64,000 nt of DNA from Candidatus Tepidifontimicrobium thermophilum (GTDB taxonomy: Bacteria > Sysuimicrobiota > Sysuimicrobiia > Sysuimicrobiales > Sysuimicrobiaceae), in assembly GCA_031459915.1 (NCBI GenBank), contig JAVKHO010000009.1:1-64000 (forward strand). Direction: 5' to 3'. Below, piece by piece: positions 8,783 through 18,158 of the stretch. How positions within the stretch are numbered: position 1 is the first letter of the stretch; the number at the start of each line of letters is the position of its first letter. The position numbers were made by a program, and so were the translations under genes. The notes beneath the pieces are model-generated. The model was given only the letters and a program-made list of their open reading frames with translations. It was not told where the DNA came from and made no database searches.

Positions 8783-10971
8783 GCGCTTCCCCCCTTCCGT
8801 TCTCGAGAGGCCACGGACGCAGCGGAGTCCAGCGGGCCTGTGCCCGCGTCTTTCGCGCTCGCGGCGACGGCCGGTTCGATGACCAGGTTGTAATGTGGGT
8901 CAACGGTCAGCAGGTCTCCAGTCCACAGCAACGTGGTGGCCTCTGCTTCCTCGATGACGGCGGGGCCAGCAAGGGTGGTACCCGGTACTAGTTCGTAGCG
9001 GTCGTAGACCGGGACTTGGGTGAACCGTCCTTCCGGGCGTTGATCACCGAAAGCGCCGGTGTCCACGGGCAGGTAGATGGGCCGCCGCCCCTTACAGGCG
9101 GCAGCGGCGCGCCTGCGGGCGCGCAGGGCTGCGGCCAGATCCAGCTCGGGAGCGGGGCCCGCGACCAGCACCCGCCAGTTCAAGGCCTGGACGGGGTAGC
9201 CCTGGAGAGCCATTCCGTACTGGAGAGCGTAGGCGTTGTCGAAGGCCGTGCTCAGGCGCTCGGCGGCGTCGGGGGGCAGCGGGTTGGGCACCGGGATCTC
9301 CAGGTCGTGGAACTGTCCCAGGTAGCGCATCCCTGCCCTGCGCTCGGCGTGCACAGCACCCTCGCGTGCCCCAGCGGCGATGGCCAGCGTCCGCCCCTCC
9401 GCTTCCATCTCCCGCAGCGCCTGTTCGACCGCGGGCCAGTCGAGGCGGTGCAGTTCGCCCGCCAGTGACCGTCCCAGCTCGAACCCCGCCGGTGCGGCCA
9501 ACAGTCCTACCGCTGAGGCCACGCCCGAGGCCGGTGGGACGAGCACCTGGCGCATGCCCAGCAACCGGGCGACGCGGCCCGCCACGGCGGGACCGGCGCC
9601 GCCCAGCGCCACCAGGGCGAAATGACGGGGATCCTGGCCGCGCTCGATCAGGTAAAGGCGCGCGGCCTGCGCCATGGACTCGCAGACCACGGCGAAGATC
9701 CCCCAGGCCGTCCGCACCGGGTCGAGGCCGAGCGCGCGACCCAGGCGCTCGACCGCCGCTCGCGCCGCGGCTGCATCGAGTGGCATCGTACCGCCGAGGA
9801 ACGCTCCCGGATCGAAGTAGCCGAGCACCACGCATGCGTCCGTTACGGTGGCATCCGTACCGCCCCGGCCGTAGCAGGCGGGTCCGGGATCCGCGCCGGC
9901 ACTCTGAGGTCCTACTTGCAACAAGCCCATCGCGTCGGTCCTGGCGATCGAGCCTCCGCCGGCACCGATCTCCATCATGTCCACCACCGGCGTCTTGACG
10001 GTCAGGCCCGAGCCTGGAGTGAAACGGTGGACGCGCGCGACCTCGACCTGCGTTGTCACGTGCGGACGCCCACCGCGCACGAGGCAGACCTTGGCTGTGG
10101 TGCCACCCATGTCGAACCCCACCAGGTGGCTGCGCCCGGCGCCGACACCGATGCGTCCTACTGCCAGCGCTCCGGCTGCGGGCCCGGACTCCAGGAGGCG
10201 GATAGGGAAGCGCCTGGCGGTCTCGACGGAGGCCAGCGTTCCGTTAGAGAGCATCATCAGCAGCTGGCCGCTGAAGCCCCCGGCAGCCAGGGCCTCCTCC
10301 AGATGACGCAGGTAGCGGTCGACGAGCGGTTGGACGTAGGCGTTGCAGACAGTAGTGGAGGTACGCTCGAACTCTCCCATCTCGGGACAGACTTCGCTGC
10401 TCAGCGAGAGGGAAATCCCTGGGGCTTCCTCGCGCGCCACAGCTGCGGCCAGTCGCTCGTGGGCGGGGTTCCGGTAGGCGTGGAGGAAGACGATGGCCAG
10501 CGACTCCACGCCCTCAGCGACCAACCTCCGGACGGCCCTGCGTACTGCCTCCAGGTCGAGGGGTAGGCGCACTGTGCCGTCTCGGGTCGTGCGTTCGGGG
10601 ATCCCGATCCGCCACCGCCGGGGCACCAGGGGCTCGGGGTAGCGCAGGAAGAGGTCGTAGATGTCGTACCTCTGCTCCCTGCCCATTTCCAGAATGTCCC
10701 GGAACCCCTCTGTGGTGAGGAGGGCGGTCCGGGCGCCCTTGCGCTCGATGATCGCGTTGGTGACGAGGGTGGTGGCGTGGATCAGGGTAGTGATGTCCGC
10801 GAGGCGCCCGCCGACGCGCGCGCACAGGGCCCTCAGCCCCTCCAGGGCGCCCTCCGCGGGTGCCCTCGGAGTCGTGAGTACCTTATGCCAGTGCAGCGCG
10901 CCACTGCCCTCGTCAAGCAGCGCGAGGTCGGTGAAGGTCCCTCCGATGTCCACACCTACACGATAGCCCAT
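8779..10971 (-). CDS. hyuA: Hydantoinase A / oxoprolinase ATP-binding subunit
   Basis: GVDIGGTFTD, HATTLVTNA, LLESGPAAG, FDMGGTT, IGAGGGSI, SAGADPGPACYG. Confidence 0.93.
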   Translation of the reverse strand: MGYRVGVDIGGTFTDLALLDEGSGALHWHKVLTTPRAPAEGALEGLRALCARVGGRLADITTLIHATTLVTNAIIERKGARTALLTTEGFRDILEMGREQRYDIYDLFLRYPEPLVPRRWRIGIPERTTRDGTVRLPLDLEAVRRAVRRLVAEGVESLAIVFLHAYRNPAHERLAAAVAREEAPGISLSLSSEVCPEMGEFERTSTTVCNAYVQPLVDRYLRHLEEALAAGGFSGQLLMMLSNGTLASVETARRFPIRLLESGPAAGALAVGRIGVGAGRSHLVGFDMGGTTAKVCLVRGGRPHVTTQVEVARVHRFTPGSGLTVKTPVVDMMEIGAGGGSIARTDAMGLLQVGPQSAGADPGPACYGRGGTDATVTDACVVLGYFDPGAFLGGTMPLDAAAARAAVERLGRALGLDPVRTAWGIFAVVCESMAQAARLYLIERGQDPRHFALVALGGAGPAVAGRVARLLGMRQVLVPPASGVASAVGLLAAPAGFELGRSLAGELHRLDWPAVEQALREMEAEGRTLAIAAGAREGAVHAERRAGMRYLGQFHDLEIPVPNPLPPDAAERLSTAFDNAYALQYGMALQGYPVQALNWRVLVAGPAPELDLAAALRARRRAAAACKGRRPIYLPVDTGAFGDQRPEGRFTQVPVYDRYELVPGTTLAGPAVIEEAEATTLLWTGDLLTVDPHYNLVIEPAVAASAKDAGTGPLDSAASVASRERKGGSA

Positions 10972-11053
10972 GACTCACCTCCGACCTTCCTTGCTGAGGG
11001 GCTGCGCTGGCCGGCCTCCGACGCAAGATCTAGCCGCGACCATGCCGACTCCT

Positions 11054-11863
11054 CTACTGCGCGCCCCAGCTCACCGCCTGCAAGCCGACCAGTCGGTCCA
11101 CGATCAGGACGATCGCCACGCTCATCAGGACGCTGACCGTCGACACCGCGGCGGCTGCGGGATCGAAAGAGAAACGCAGGTAGTCGAAAAGCTGAATGGG
11201 CAACGTGGTGTTACCCACGCTCACCAGCAGCAAAGAGACCGGGAATTGGTCGAAGGATGTGATGAAGGCGAACAGCGCGCCGGAGATCACTCCTCCCTTG
11301 ATCAGGGGCAGGGTGACCCGTCGGAAGGTCGTGAACGGTCCAGCTCCGAGCGAGCGGGCTGCTTCCTCGAGGGAGCGGTCAAAGCCGGCCAGGACAGCCG
11401 AGACGGTCAGGAAGACGTAGGGCAGGGAGACCAGGGTGTGCCCGATGAAGAGGGCGCGCATGCCCCGCGTGCCGATCCCTGTGGCCAGAAAGAAAATGAG
11501 CAGTGCGATACCGGTCAGGATGGCCGGAAGCTGCAGCGGAGCGAGGATGGCGAGTCGGAGGAGGTTGCGAAAGCGGGCGGAATGGCGCACGACGTACAGG
11601 GCGGCGGCCGTGCCCAGCAGCGTACTGGCAACCGTCACCCACGCGGCGAGCTTTAGGCTGAACAGGAAGCTCCGCACGAACGGCTCGGTATGCGCCGCGC
11701 GGATGAACCAGCGCAGGGAGAGCCCCTGTGGGGGAAAGGCCAGGTAGTCCCCCGCGTTGAGGGCAGCGAGGACGACGATGGCCATAGGGGCGATCAGAAA
11801 GACGTAGACCGCGGTGACGAGGATGGCGAGCCAGGTGCCGCGGCGGGTCATGCGCGCGTCCAC
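11054..11863 (-). CDS. Polyamine/opine-type ABC permease (PotC-like)
   Basis: FPPQGLSLRWF, EEAARSLGA, TSFD. Confidence 0.88.
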   Translation of the reverse strand: MDARMTRRGTWLAILVTAVYVFLIAPMAIVVLAALNAGDYLAFPPQGLSLRWFIRAAHTEPFVRSFLFSLKLAAWVTVASTLLGTAAALYVVRHSARFRNLLRLAILAPLQLPAILTGIALLIFFLATGIGTRGMRALFIGHTLVSLPYVFLTVSAVLAGFDRSLEEAARSLGAGPFTTFRRVTLPLIKGGVISGALFAFITSFDQFPVSLLLVSVGNTTLPIQLFDYLRFSFDPAAAAVSTVSVLMSVAIVLIVDRLVGLQAVSWGAQ

Positions 11864-12741
11864 GGCATCCCCCGCGCCAGGAGGCGTAGATAGACTGCGA
11901 CGACGCCGGCTGTGAGACCAAAAAACACCATGGACAGCGCGGACCCCAGGGGCCAGTTAAAGGCGTCCAGAAGGGTCTGCACGATGAGCATCGGCATGAC
12001 CAGGACGTTGCTCGCCCCGAGGAGGATCGGGATGACGTACGAGCTCACGGCCAGCACGAAGACCAGCAGCGTTCCCGCCTGGACGCCGGGGAGGGAGAGC
12101 GGCCAGACAACGCGGCGGAAGGCGGCCCACGGCGATGCGCCCAGCGAACGGGCGGCCTGGATCAGCTCGGGCGGGATGTTCTGGAGCGCGCCGGCGATGG
12201 CGAGCGCCATGAAGGGGACGTAGACGTGGACGAGGCCGATGACGATCGCGGCGGGGGTCCCGATCAGGACGAGCTCGTGGCCCGTAAGTCGCTGCACGGT
12301 CAGGTTGACTAGTCCGACCCGGCCCAGAAGGATCATCCAGGCGAATCCGCGTACAACGAGACTGACCAGCAGCGGCGAGATGAGGAGCATGAGGAGCCAG
12401 CGCTGACGGCGCCGGGGGGCGTAGGTGAGGTGGTAGGCCACCGGGTAGGCTACGACCAGCGTGAGCGCTGTGGTTACACCCGCCAGCGAGAAGGTCCGGT
12501 ACATGACCCGCCAGTGGAACGGGTCCAGTAGGGCCCGGGCGTAGTTGGCAAGGGTGAACTCAGGCTCGTAGGCGCCGATGGCGGGTTTCACCAGCAGGCT
12601 CATGCGAACCATGTTGACGTACGGCACGACAAAGAAGACCGTGAGAAGCAGCAGGGTCGGCGCGATGAGTAGCCAGGGTGGCAGTCCACGGCGAGGAGCC
12701 ACTCGGACGCCGGCACGGAGAATGCCCTCAGTGCTGGCCAC
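11848..12741 (-). CDS. Polyamine/opine-type ABC permease (PotB-like)
   Basis: AYPVAY, AARSLGA, NWPLGSA. Confidence 0.88.
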   Translation of the reverse strand: MASTEGILRAGVRVAPRRGLPPWLLIAPTLLLLTVFFVVPYVNMVRMSLLVKPAIGAYEPEFTLANYARALLDPFHWRVMYRTFSLAGVTTALTLVVAYPVAYHLTYAPRRRQRWLLMLLISPLLVSLVVRGFAWMILLGRVGLVNLTVQRLTGHELVLIGTPAAIVIGLVHVYVPFMALAIAGALQNIPPELIQAARSLGASPWAAFRRVVWPLSLPGVQAGTLLVFVLAVSSYVIPILLGASNVLVMPMLIVQTLLDAFNWPLGSALSMVFFGLTAGVVAVYLRLLARGMPWTRA

Positions 12742-12743
12742 CG

Positions 12744-13799
12744 TTACCCCTCCCGCGCGTCTACAGCCCAGGCGGCGGATGGGTCGAAGCTCAGGTTGAC
12801 GGTCCCGCCGGGCGCTACGGCCCAGGACGGGTCCGCCTGCACGCGCAACTGCAACCCGCCCGGGGCCTCCACGCGGTAGTCGACGAGGTTGCCCAGGTAG
12901 ACCCGCTCGCGTACCGTGCCACGCAGTCGGTTCGGGTAGGTGTCGTCGAACCGCAGCGCCTCGGGACGCACGCAGATCAGAACGTCGGCGCCAGCCTCCG
13001 CCTGCCCTGCGCAGGTAAAGGTCCCAGCGGCCGTGCGCACGACCAGAAGGCCGTTCTCGCGGCCAGCCACCCTGCCGGGGATGAAGTTCGAGAGCCCGAC
13101 GAACTCAGCTACCCACGCACTGCTGGGGCGCCGGTAGATCTCCTCCGGGGGGCCGATCTGCTGCAGGCGGCCATCGCGCATGATGGCGATGCGGTCAGCC
13201 AGCACCATGGCCTCGGCTTGGTCGTGGGTCACGTACACCGTGGTGATCCCGACTTCCCGCTGCAGTTGCCGGATGTAGAACCGCATGTCCTCTCGCAGCC
13301 GGGCATCCAGGTTGGCGAGCGGCTCGTCTAGCAGGAGTACGGCGGGATTCATGACGAGCGCCCTGGCCAGGGCGACCCGCTGCTGCTGCCCGCCGGAGAG
13401 CTGGTGAGGGTAACGGTCTCCCAGCCCGCGCAGCTGTACGCGGTCCAGGATCGCCCCGACTCGGTCCCGAATGAGCCGGGCAGACTCGCGGCGCATCTCC
13501 AGCCCGAACGCCACGTTCTGCCAGACGGTCATATGGGGAAACAGCGCGTAGCTCTGGAAGACGATCCCCACGTTTCGGCGCTCCGGCGGCAGCGCCGTGA
13601 CCGGGCGCCCGCTGAACAGAACCTCCCCGGCGTCCGGGACTTCCAGGCCGGCGATCAGCCGCAACGTTGTGGTCTTGCCGCACCCGGACGGACCCAGGAG
13701 GGTGACCAGCTCACCCTCCTGGATCTCCAGGTTCAGGTTCTGGACCGCCGCGACGGCGCCGAACCGCTTGGTGAGTCCGCGAAGGGTGATCGACGACAT
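12744..13799 (-). CDS. PotA-like ABC ATPase with TOBE domain
   Basis: GPSGCGKTT, LSGGQQQR, LLDEP, YVTHDQ. Confidence 0.92.
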   Translation of the reverse strand: MSSITLRGLTKRFGAVAAVQNLNLEIQEGELVTLLGPSGCGKTTTLRLIAGLEVPDAGEVLFSGRPVTALPPERRNVGIVFQSYALFPHMTVWQNVAFGLEMRRESARLIRDRVGAILDRVQLRGLGDRYPHQLSGGQQQRVALARALVMNPAVLLLDEPLANLDARLREDMRFYIRQLQREVGITTVYVTHDQAEAMVLADRIAIMRDGRLQQIGPPEEIYRRPSSAWVAEFVGLSNFIPGRVAGRENGLLVVRTAAGTFTCAGQAEAGADVLICVRPEALRFDDTYPNRLRGTVRERVYLGNLVDYRVEAPGGLQLRVQADPSWAVAPGGTVNLSFDPSAAWAVDAREG

Positions 13800-13806
13800 T
13801 CCACCC

Positions 13807-14853
13807 TTACCGGCCGAGGATCACGCGATTCCACCGGTCGATCATCTGCTCCCGTGCCCCGGCGTTCACCCAGTCCCAGTCCCACTTCATGATCTGCCGG
13901 ATCTGGGCCTGGGTGTGGACGGGGATCTCCACAGCAAGCCGCCCTGTGATCCGAACTGTGCGGTTCGCCGGCGTCCACCAGAACTGCTTTGCCCACTTTT
14001 CCTGGACGGGCCGGGAGAGGAAGTAGTTGACAAACCGCAACGCGAGGTCCTTGTTGGCGGAGCCTGCGAGCACGTTGGTATCCTGCTCGAACATAAACAC
14101 GCCCTCGCGGGGGAACACCCATTCGATGGGGACGCCCTGCGCCTTCAGGCGGGAGGCCGCGGGGGAATCCAGGATCCCGACGTGGATCTCTCCACGGCTG
14201 AGGAGGATTTCCATGTCTCCGGAGAAGTCGGTCTGACGGAAGGGCCACAGTTCCTTGATCTTGTTGATGGCGAAGTCGATGTCCCGGTCGTGGCCGCGGT
14301 AGATCCGCGAGACCAGCATCGTGAACATCGGGTTGGCGGAGTTCGCGACGCTGTACAGGCCGAGCTTGCCCCTGTAAGCTGGGTCCCACAGGTCCTTCCA
14401 GGACTTGGGCACCTTCGTGACGAGGTCTTTGCGGTATGCGATACCCAGTGGTCCGACCAGGGTGATCACCCCGACGTCGTCCTTGATGCGGAGCTCGGGC
14501 CAGACGTCCCTCAGGTTGGGGACCTTGTCCGCAGTCAGCTTCTCCAGGAAACCCTCCTTGCGGAGAGCGGAAACCCATGTGGTGTTAGCGATCAGCACGT
14601 CGAACGGCGGGGTCCCGCGGCCGGCCGCCCGTACTTTGGCCACCCAGTCCCGGGAGAGGCCTACGGAGAGCTCCACTTTCGCGCCCGTCTCGCTCTCGAA
14701 TCCCGGCACGATCTCCCGCCGCATGAACTGCTCCCACGGCCCACCGTAGCTGGTGACCACCAGCGGCGGGGCAACGCCGGCCGGAGTCGGAACGGGCGTG
14801 ACCGTGGTCAGCGTCAGGCCCGCAAGGAGGACGGCGAGTACCCACTTGCTCAT
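13807..14853 (-). CDS. PotD/F-like ABC substrate-binding protein
   Basis: Signal peptide, VVTSYGG, PKSWKDLWDP, PREG. Confidence 0.88.
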   Translation of the reverse strand: MSKWVLAVLLAGLTLTTVTPVPTPAGVAPPLVVTSYGGPWEQFMRREIVPGFESETGAKVELSVGLSRDWVAKVRAAGRGTPPFDVLIANTTWVSALRKEGFLEKLTADKVPNLRDVWPELRIKDDVGVITLVGPLGIAYRKDLVTKVPKSWKDLWDPAYRGKLGLYSVANSANPMFTMLVSRIYRGHDRDIDFAINKIKELWPFRQTDFSGDMEILLSRGEIHVGILDSPAASRLKAQGVPIEWVFPREGVFMFEQDTNVLAGSANKDLALRFVNYFLSRPVQEKWAKQFWWTPANRTVRITGRLAVEIPVHTQAQIRQIMKWDWDWVNAGAREQMIDRWNRVILGR

Positions 14854-14875
14854 CTTCCCTCACCCCCTTCGCCAC

Positions 14876-15664
14876 TTAGGGTTGTTTTGTGGTAGTGCCC
14901 ATGAGCTGGCCCGCAATGGCCTCAGCGGCCGCCTGCAACTCCTTCACGATCTCCGGAACGCGGCTCGCCCGGAGGCGAGTGCTGGGGCCGGCGACGGCGA
15001 GGGCGCCCATCAACTGCCCGGCACACAGAATGGGCACGGCGACTCCTGCGACCCCCGGCGTCAGCTCGCCGTTGGAATAGGCATAGCCGCGGCGTCGGAC
15101 ACGCTCCAGCTCAGCCCGCAGCCGGTCCGGGTCCGTGATGGTCCTCGACGTCACACGGGGCAGTGGCCCGGCCAGGATTTCCTCGATCCGCTCGGGGGGC
15201 AGGTGGGCGAGCAAGACCCTGTTGGAAGCCCCTGCGTGTAGCGGCCAGGGCGTGCCCACGGGGTATGTGAGCTTGAGCGGAGCTTCGCTGGCCAGGGTGT
15301 CGATTACGACGGCGGACCGGCCTTCGACGACCAACAGGAAGACGGACTCCCCGGTCGCGTCCACGAGGCGCTGCAGATACGGGCGTGCCACTGACCGCAG
15401 GTCGATTCTGGACAGGGCTACCTGGCCAAGGCGTGCGACGGCCAGGCTTAGGTGGTAGGTGCGGCGCTCGCGGTCGTAGACAACCAGCCCTCCGGCCTCG
15501 AGCGACCGCAGCACGCGGTAGGCGGTGCTGCGGGAGACGTTGAGGTGCCGGGCCGCCCGCGCCAGGTCGAGCACCGGCTCGGCCGTGAACCGGTGGAGCA
15601 GCGCCACCGCCCGCTCGACCCCGCGGAGGACGTCACCAGGTTCGTAGCGTCTGGGCCGCGTCAT
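14876..15664 (-). CDS. IclR family transcriptional regulator
   Basis: VERAVALL, HTH RSTAYRVL, PLHAGASNRVLLA, RRRGYAYS, GVAVPI. Confidence 0.92.
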   Translation of the reverse strand: MTRPRRYEPGDVLRGVERAVALLHRFTAEPVLDLARAARHLNVSRSTAYRVLRSLEAGGLVVYDRERRTYHLSLAVARLGQVALSRIDLRSVARPYLQRLVDATGESVFLLVVEGRSAVVIDTLASEAPLKLTYPVGTPWPLHAGASNRVLLAHLPPERIEEILAGPLPRVTSRTITDPDRLRAELERVRRRGYAYSNGELTPGVAGVAVPILCAGQLMGALAVAGPSTRLRASRVPEIVKELQAAAEAIAGQLMGTTTKQP

Positions 15665-16171
15665 GCCTCAACCCTTCTCCATATTTCGCTATCCGGGAAA
15701 CCCGGCCGCTCTGTGGATCTGGTTCGGCGGCAGGCCCGATCCTCCTGCTTGCTCGCCCGCGAGTCCTGCGAGCCCCCCGGTGCTACCAGCCACCCCGCTG
15801 GTCGTCGCCCGGGTCTCGGGCACAGGGCGGGTTCTTGGTCCTGACGCAGCGGCCTCGGAGAATGCAGGAGGCGGACGGTATCTGCACCTGGATGTGGCGT
15901 AGCCGTCTAGGGGGTCATGTCCTCGTGGCCAGCGCCGGAGGTGGTGCAGGGGCAGCATCGGGGCGGCGCTGTGCACTCTGTCGCCGGGTCTGCGAGGAGA
16001 GCGAGTACGGTTGCTGTCGGAACTGATGCGGGCTAGCATGGCGGCGCGGGGGGGTCGGTGGTGGTTCCGAGACCCTCAGCGGGACCGTGCGCGGCGACAG
16101 GAGATCCTCAGGATTGGGGGCGCTGGGCGGTCGCCGAGGGGTATCCAGGGGTGGTACTTGGGACTCCTAAG

Positions 16172-16200
16172 TGTGCGCCTTTTGTGCGCCTGGTGCGCCA
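16172..16200 (+). repeat. Three tandem direct repeats (T/G)GTGCGCC, putative integrase arm-type sites
   Basis: TGTGCGCCT at 16172 and 16183, GGTGCGCCA at 16192, about 90 bp from the tRNA fragment. Confidence 0.55.
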
Positions 16201-16291
16201 AAAGCGTACGTACGGCCGTGCAAACTGACGCCAAAATGGCTGAAACCGCTGCCAATACTGGATTTGATGGGCGGATCGGGGTGGCCTTCTT

Positions 16292-16339
16292 GGATTTGTA
16301 ATCCGCATGCCGGGGGTTCGAATCCCCCCGCCGGCTCCA
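16292..16339 (+). tRNA. 3' fragment of tRNA-Thr(TGT), an att-site duplication and not an intact tRNA
   Basis: Anticodon loop GGA-TTTGTAA-TCCGC, T arm GGGGG-TTCGAAT-CCCCC, 3' end CGCCGGCT-CCA; no D arm or 5' acceptor strand upstream. Confidence 0.85.
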
Positions 16340-16436
16340 GCTGGCCCGGTCCTCCATGCCGGTCGAGCAGGGCCGCGTTTGCCGTGGGGACCGTCAGGGC
16401 CGGGGGACGGCAGTAACCTCCTGAGTGAGTGCCGCT

Positions 16437-17684
16437 CTACTCGTACTGACTCACGACCACGTCCGTCACGAGGATGTATCTCTGGCGCTCGATGTCCACG
16501 CCGTCGATCCTGACCGCGACCTGGCGTGGCTGCCGGCTCAGGGCCAGGGCGTCGACGGAATCGGACAGCGCGCGCTGGCCGTCCACGAAGACGTGCAGGG
16601 CGTCTGCGTGTTTGGCGAGGGCGACCTGGTGGGGAGCCCCGTGCAGGGCGCCGGCAACGTCAGGCAGCGGTTTGCCCGCCCAGAAGCCACGCCAGCCGTT
16701 CTCCCAGTTCAACCGGAAGGCGAAAGGCGAGTCGCGGCGGCCGATGCGGACCCAGAGGTCTGGGTCATCGCCACCGCGGATTTCCACGCGGAAGGTGAAC
16801 TCCACCGCGAAGTCCCGGCTGAAATCGACTCCCGGGATTTCTCGCTCGAGCCAGACACCCCCGCGCACCCCCGCGACCCAGGACCGCCCCTCGAACCGGA
16901 CGCACTCGGCGGTGCCCTCGGAGACCCGCCACCCCACGGGCTGGACCGAGCAGCCGGAGAACGTCTCGTGCAGCAGCACCCGGTTGCCCCGTTGGAAGCC
17001 GAGCCTCGGCCGCTCGAGTCCCCCGGGCGGAGGGCTGGGCTGGGAGGGTTGGGCTTCCCGTGGCCGCCCCGGTTTCGGACGCAGGGCGGGTTTCGCCCTC
17101 GAGACGAACTGGGCGACCGCCTCGAGGGTGACCTTGCCGATCAGCTGGGCGTCGAAGTTGCTCACGGAAACGTGGCTCCACCAGGGCCCGACCCACACGG
17201 AAGCCGCACTCTGCTGCCCGCGCGCCTGCCCCTCGGGTCGGGCCACCACGGTGGCGGTCTCCGTGTCCACCACCACGCCCCGCAGGCGCGCGGTGGCGGT
17301 GATGGTGTAGACACAGCCTACGATGGGCAGGCACCCTCCCGTGTGGTTCTGGTCCAGTTGTTCCACCTCACCCATGATGACGTAGTCCGCGCCGGCCCGG
17401 GCAGCCGCCCGGCTGACGTCTGCGACGTCCAGCATCCCCCGGGCGTCCAGCCGTGCGGCTTCCAGAGCGGAACGGGTCTGCGCCCGAGACAGGACCCTCA
17501 CGGAGCCCTCTTCCCTCAGGCGCGCCACGACACGGTCCGTGACGATTTCCGAGGCGGACGGCCAGCCGATGGATACGGCGAAGTCCACCACCATGACGGT
17601 GGGCCGGTCCTCCTGGCCGGGGGTTGGGCTTTGCAGGCTGGCCAGCAGCAGAGTTGCCAGGACTGCCAGAACCGCTCCGCGCAT
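16437..17684 (-). CDS. Secreted protein: CsgG/HfaB-like domain, Pro-rich linker, and beta-sandwich (ConA/LamG-like) domain
   Basis: Signal peptide; PTVMVVDF, GADYVIMGEV and RGVVVDTETATVV; linker PKPGRPREAQPSQPSPPP; C-terminal DFAVEFTFR and HVFVDGQR. Confidence 0.6.
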   Translation of the reverse strand: MRGAVLAVLATLLLASLQSPTPGQEDRPTVMVVDFAVSIGWPSASEIVTDRVVARLREEGSVRVLSRAQTRSALEAARLDARGMLDVADVSRAAARAGADYVIMGEVEQLDQNHTGGCLPIVGCVYTITATARLRGVVVDTETATVVARPEGQARGQQSAASVWVGPWWSHVSVSNFDAQLIGKVTLEAVAQFVSRAKPALRPKPGRPREAQPSQPSPPPGGLERPRLGFQRGNRVLLHETFSGCSVQPVGWRVSEGTAECVRFEGRSWVAGVRGGVWLEREIPGVDFSRDFAVEFTFRVEIRGGDDPDLWVRIGRRDSPFAFRLNWENGWRGFWAGKPLPDVAGALHGAPHQVALAKHADALHVFVDGQRALSDSVDALALSRQPRQVAVRIDGVDIERQRYILVTDVVVSQYE

Positions 17685-18158
17685 GGCGCCCCCTCTACCC
17701 ATTCCAGACCTTGGAGCTGGCACCCCTCAGGTGGAAGTATACTCCGCAGGAAGTTCGGGCCGGTAGGTCTAGCGGGTTGCAGGCGGTGTCAACCCTCGTA
17801 AGGGGGGCGGGCGGCGTCCAGACGCGCAGCCACTCTGCGAGATCCAGCAGCTTCCTCGCGGCCGCCGTCCCCTCAGCGCCGCGCATCCCGGCTGCGCTTC
17901 GGCGATCGGCCCCGCCCTGTCGAGTCCGCGATCGCCGTCGTGAGCTAACGCTGCCACTCCTCGTACGGGCTGTCAAGTAAGAACACGTCTGCCCGGTACA
18001 CCTCCGCCCCTCAGAGGAGGGCGCCGGACGCGGCGCAGCTGCGGCGCCTCCTTCCTCGGTGCGCTCTCGTTCAGCAGCTGGAGTTCGGTCCGCGGGAGGC
18101 GATCGGTCAGCTGGCGCGAGCAGGGACCTGCTGTTCTGCCGTCGGACGGCAGCCTCGG

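Noticed and set aside
15670..16170. Possible integrase remnant (RYLHL) next to the att site
   Set aside because: Only a few residues match; no HxxR or LGH catalytic motifs found in frame
16261..16339. Intact or intron-containing tRNA, with GCGGAT at 16271 pairing to ATCCGC
   Set aside because: No D arm and no 5' acceptor strand complementary to the 3' end; better explained as an att fragment
17700..18158. Long intergenic gap with two minus-strand TTGACA hexamers, a possible sRNA or small gene
   Set aside because: No properly spaced -10 box, no RBS-supported ORF and no recognisable RNA motif
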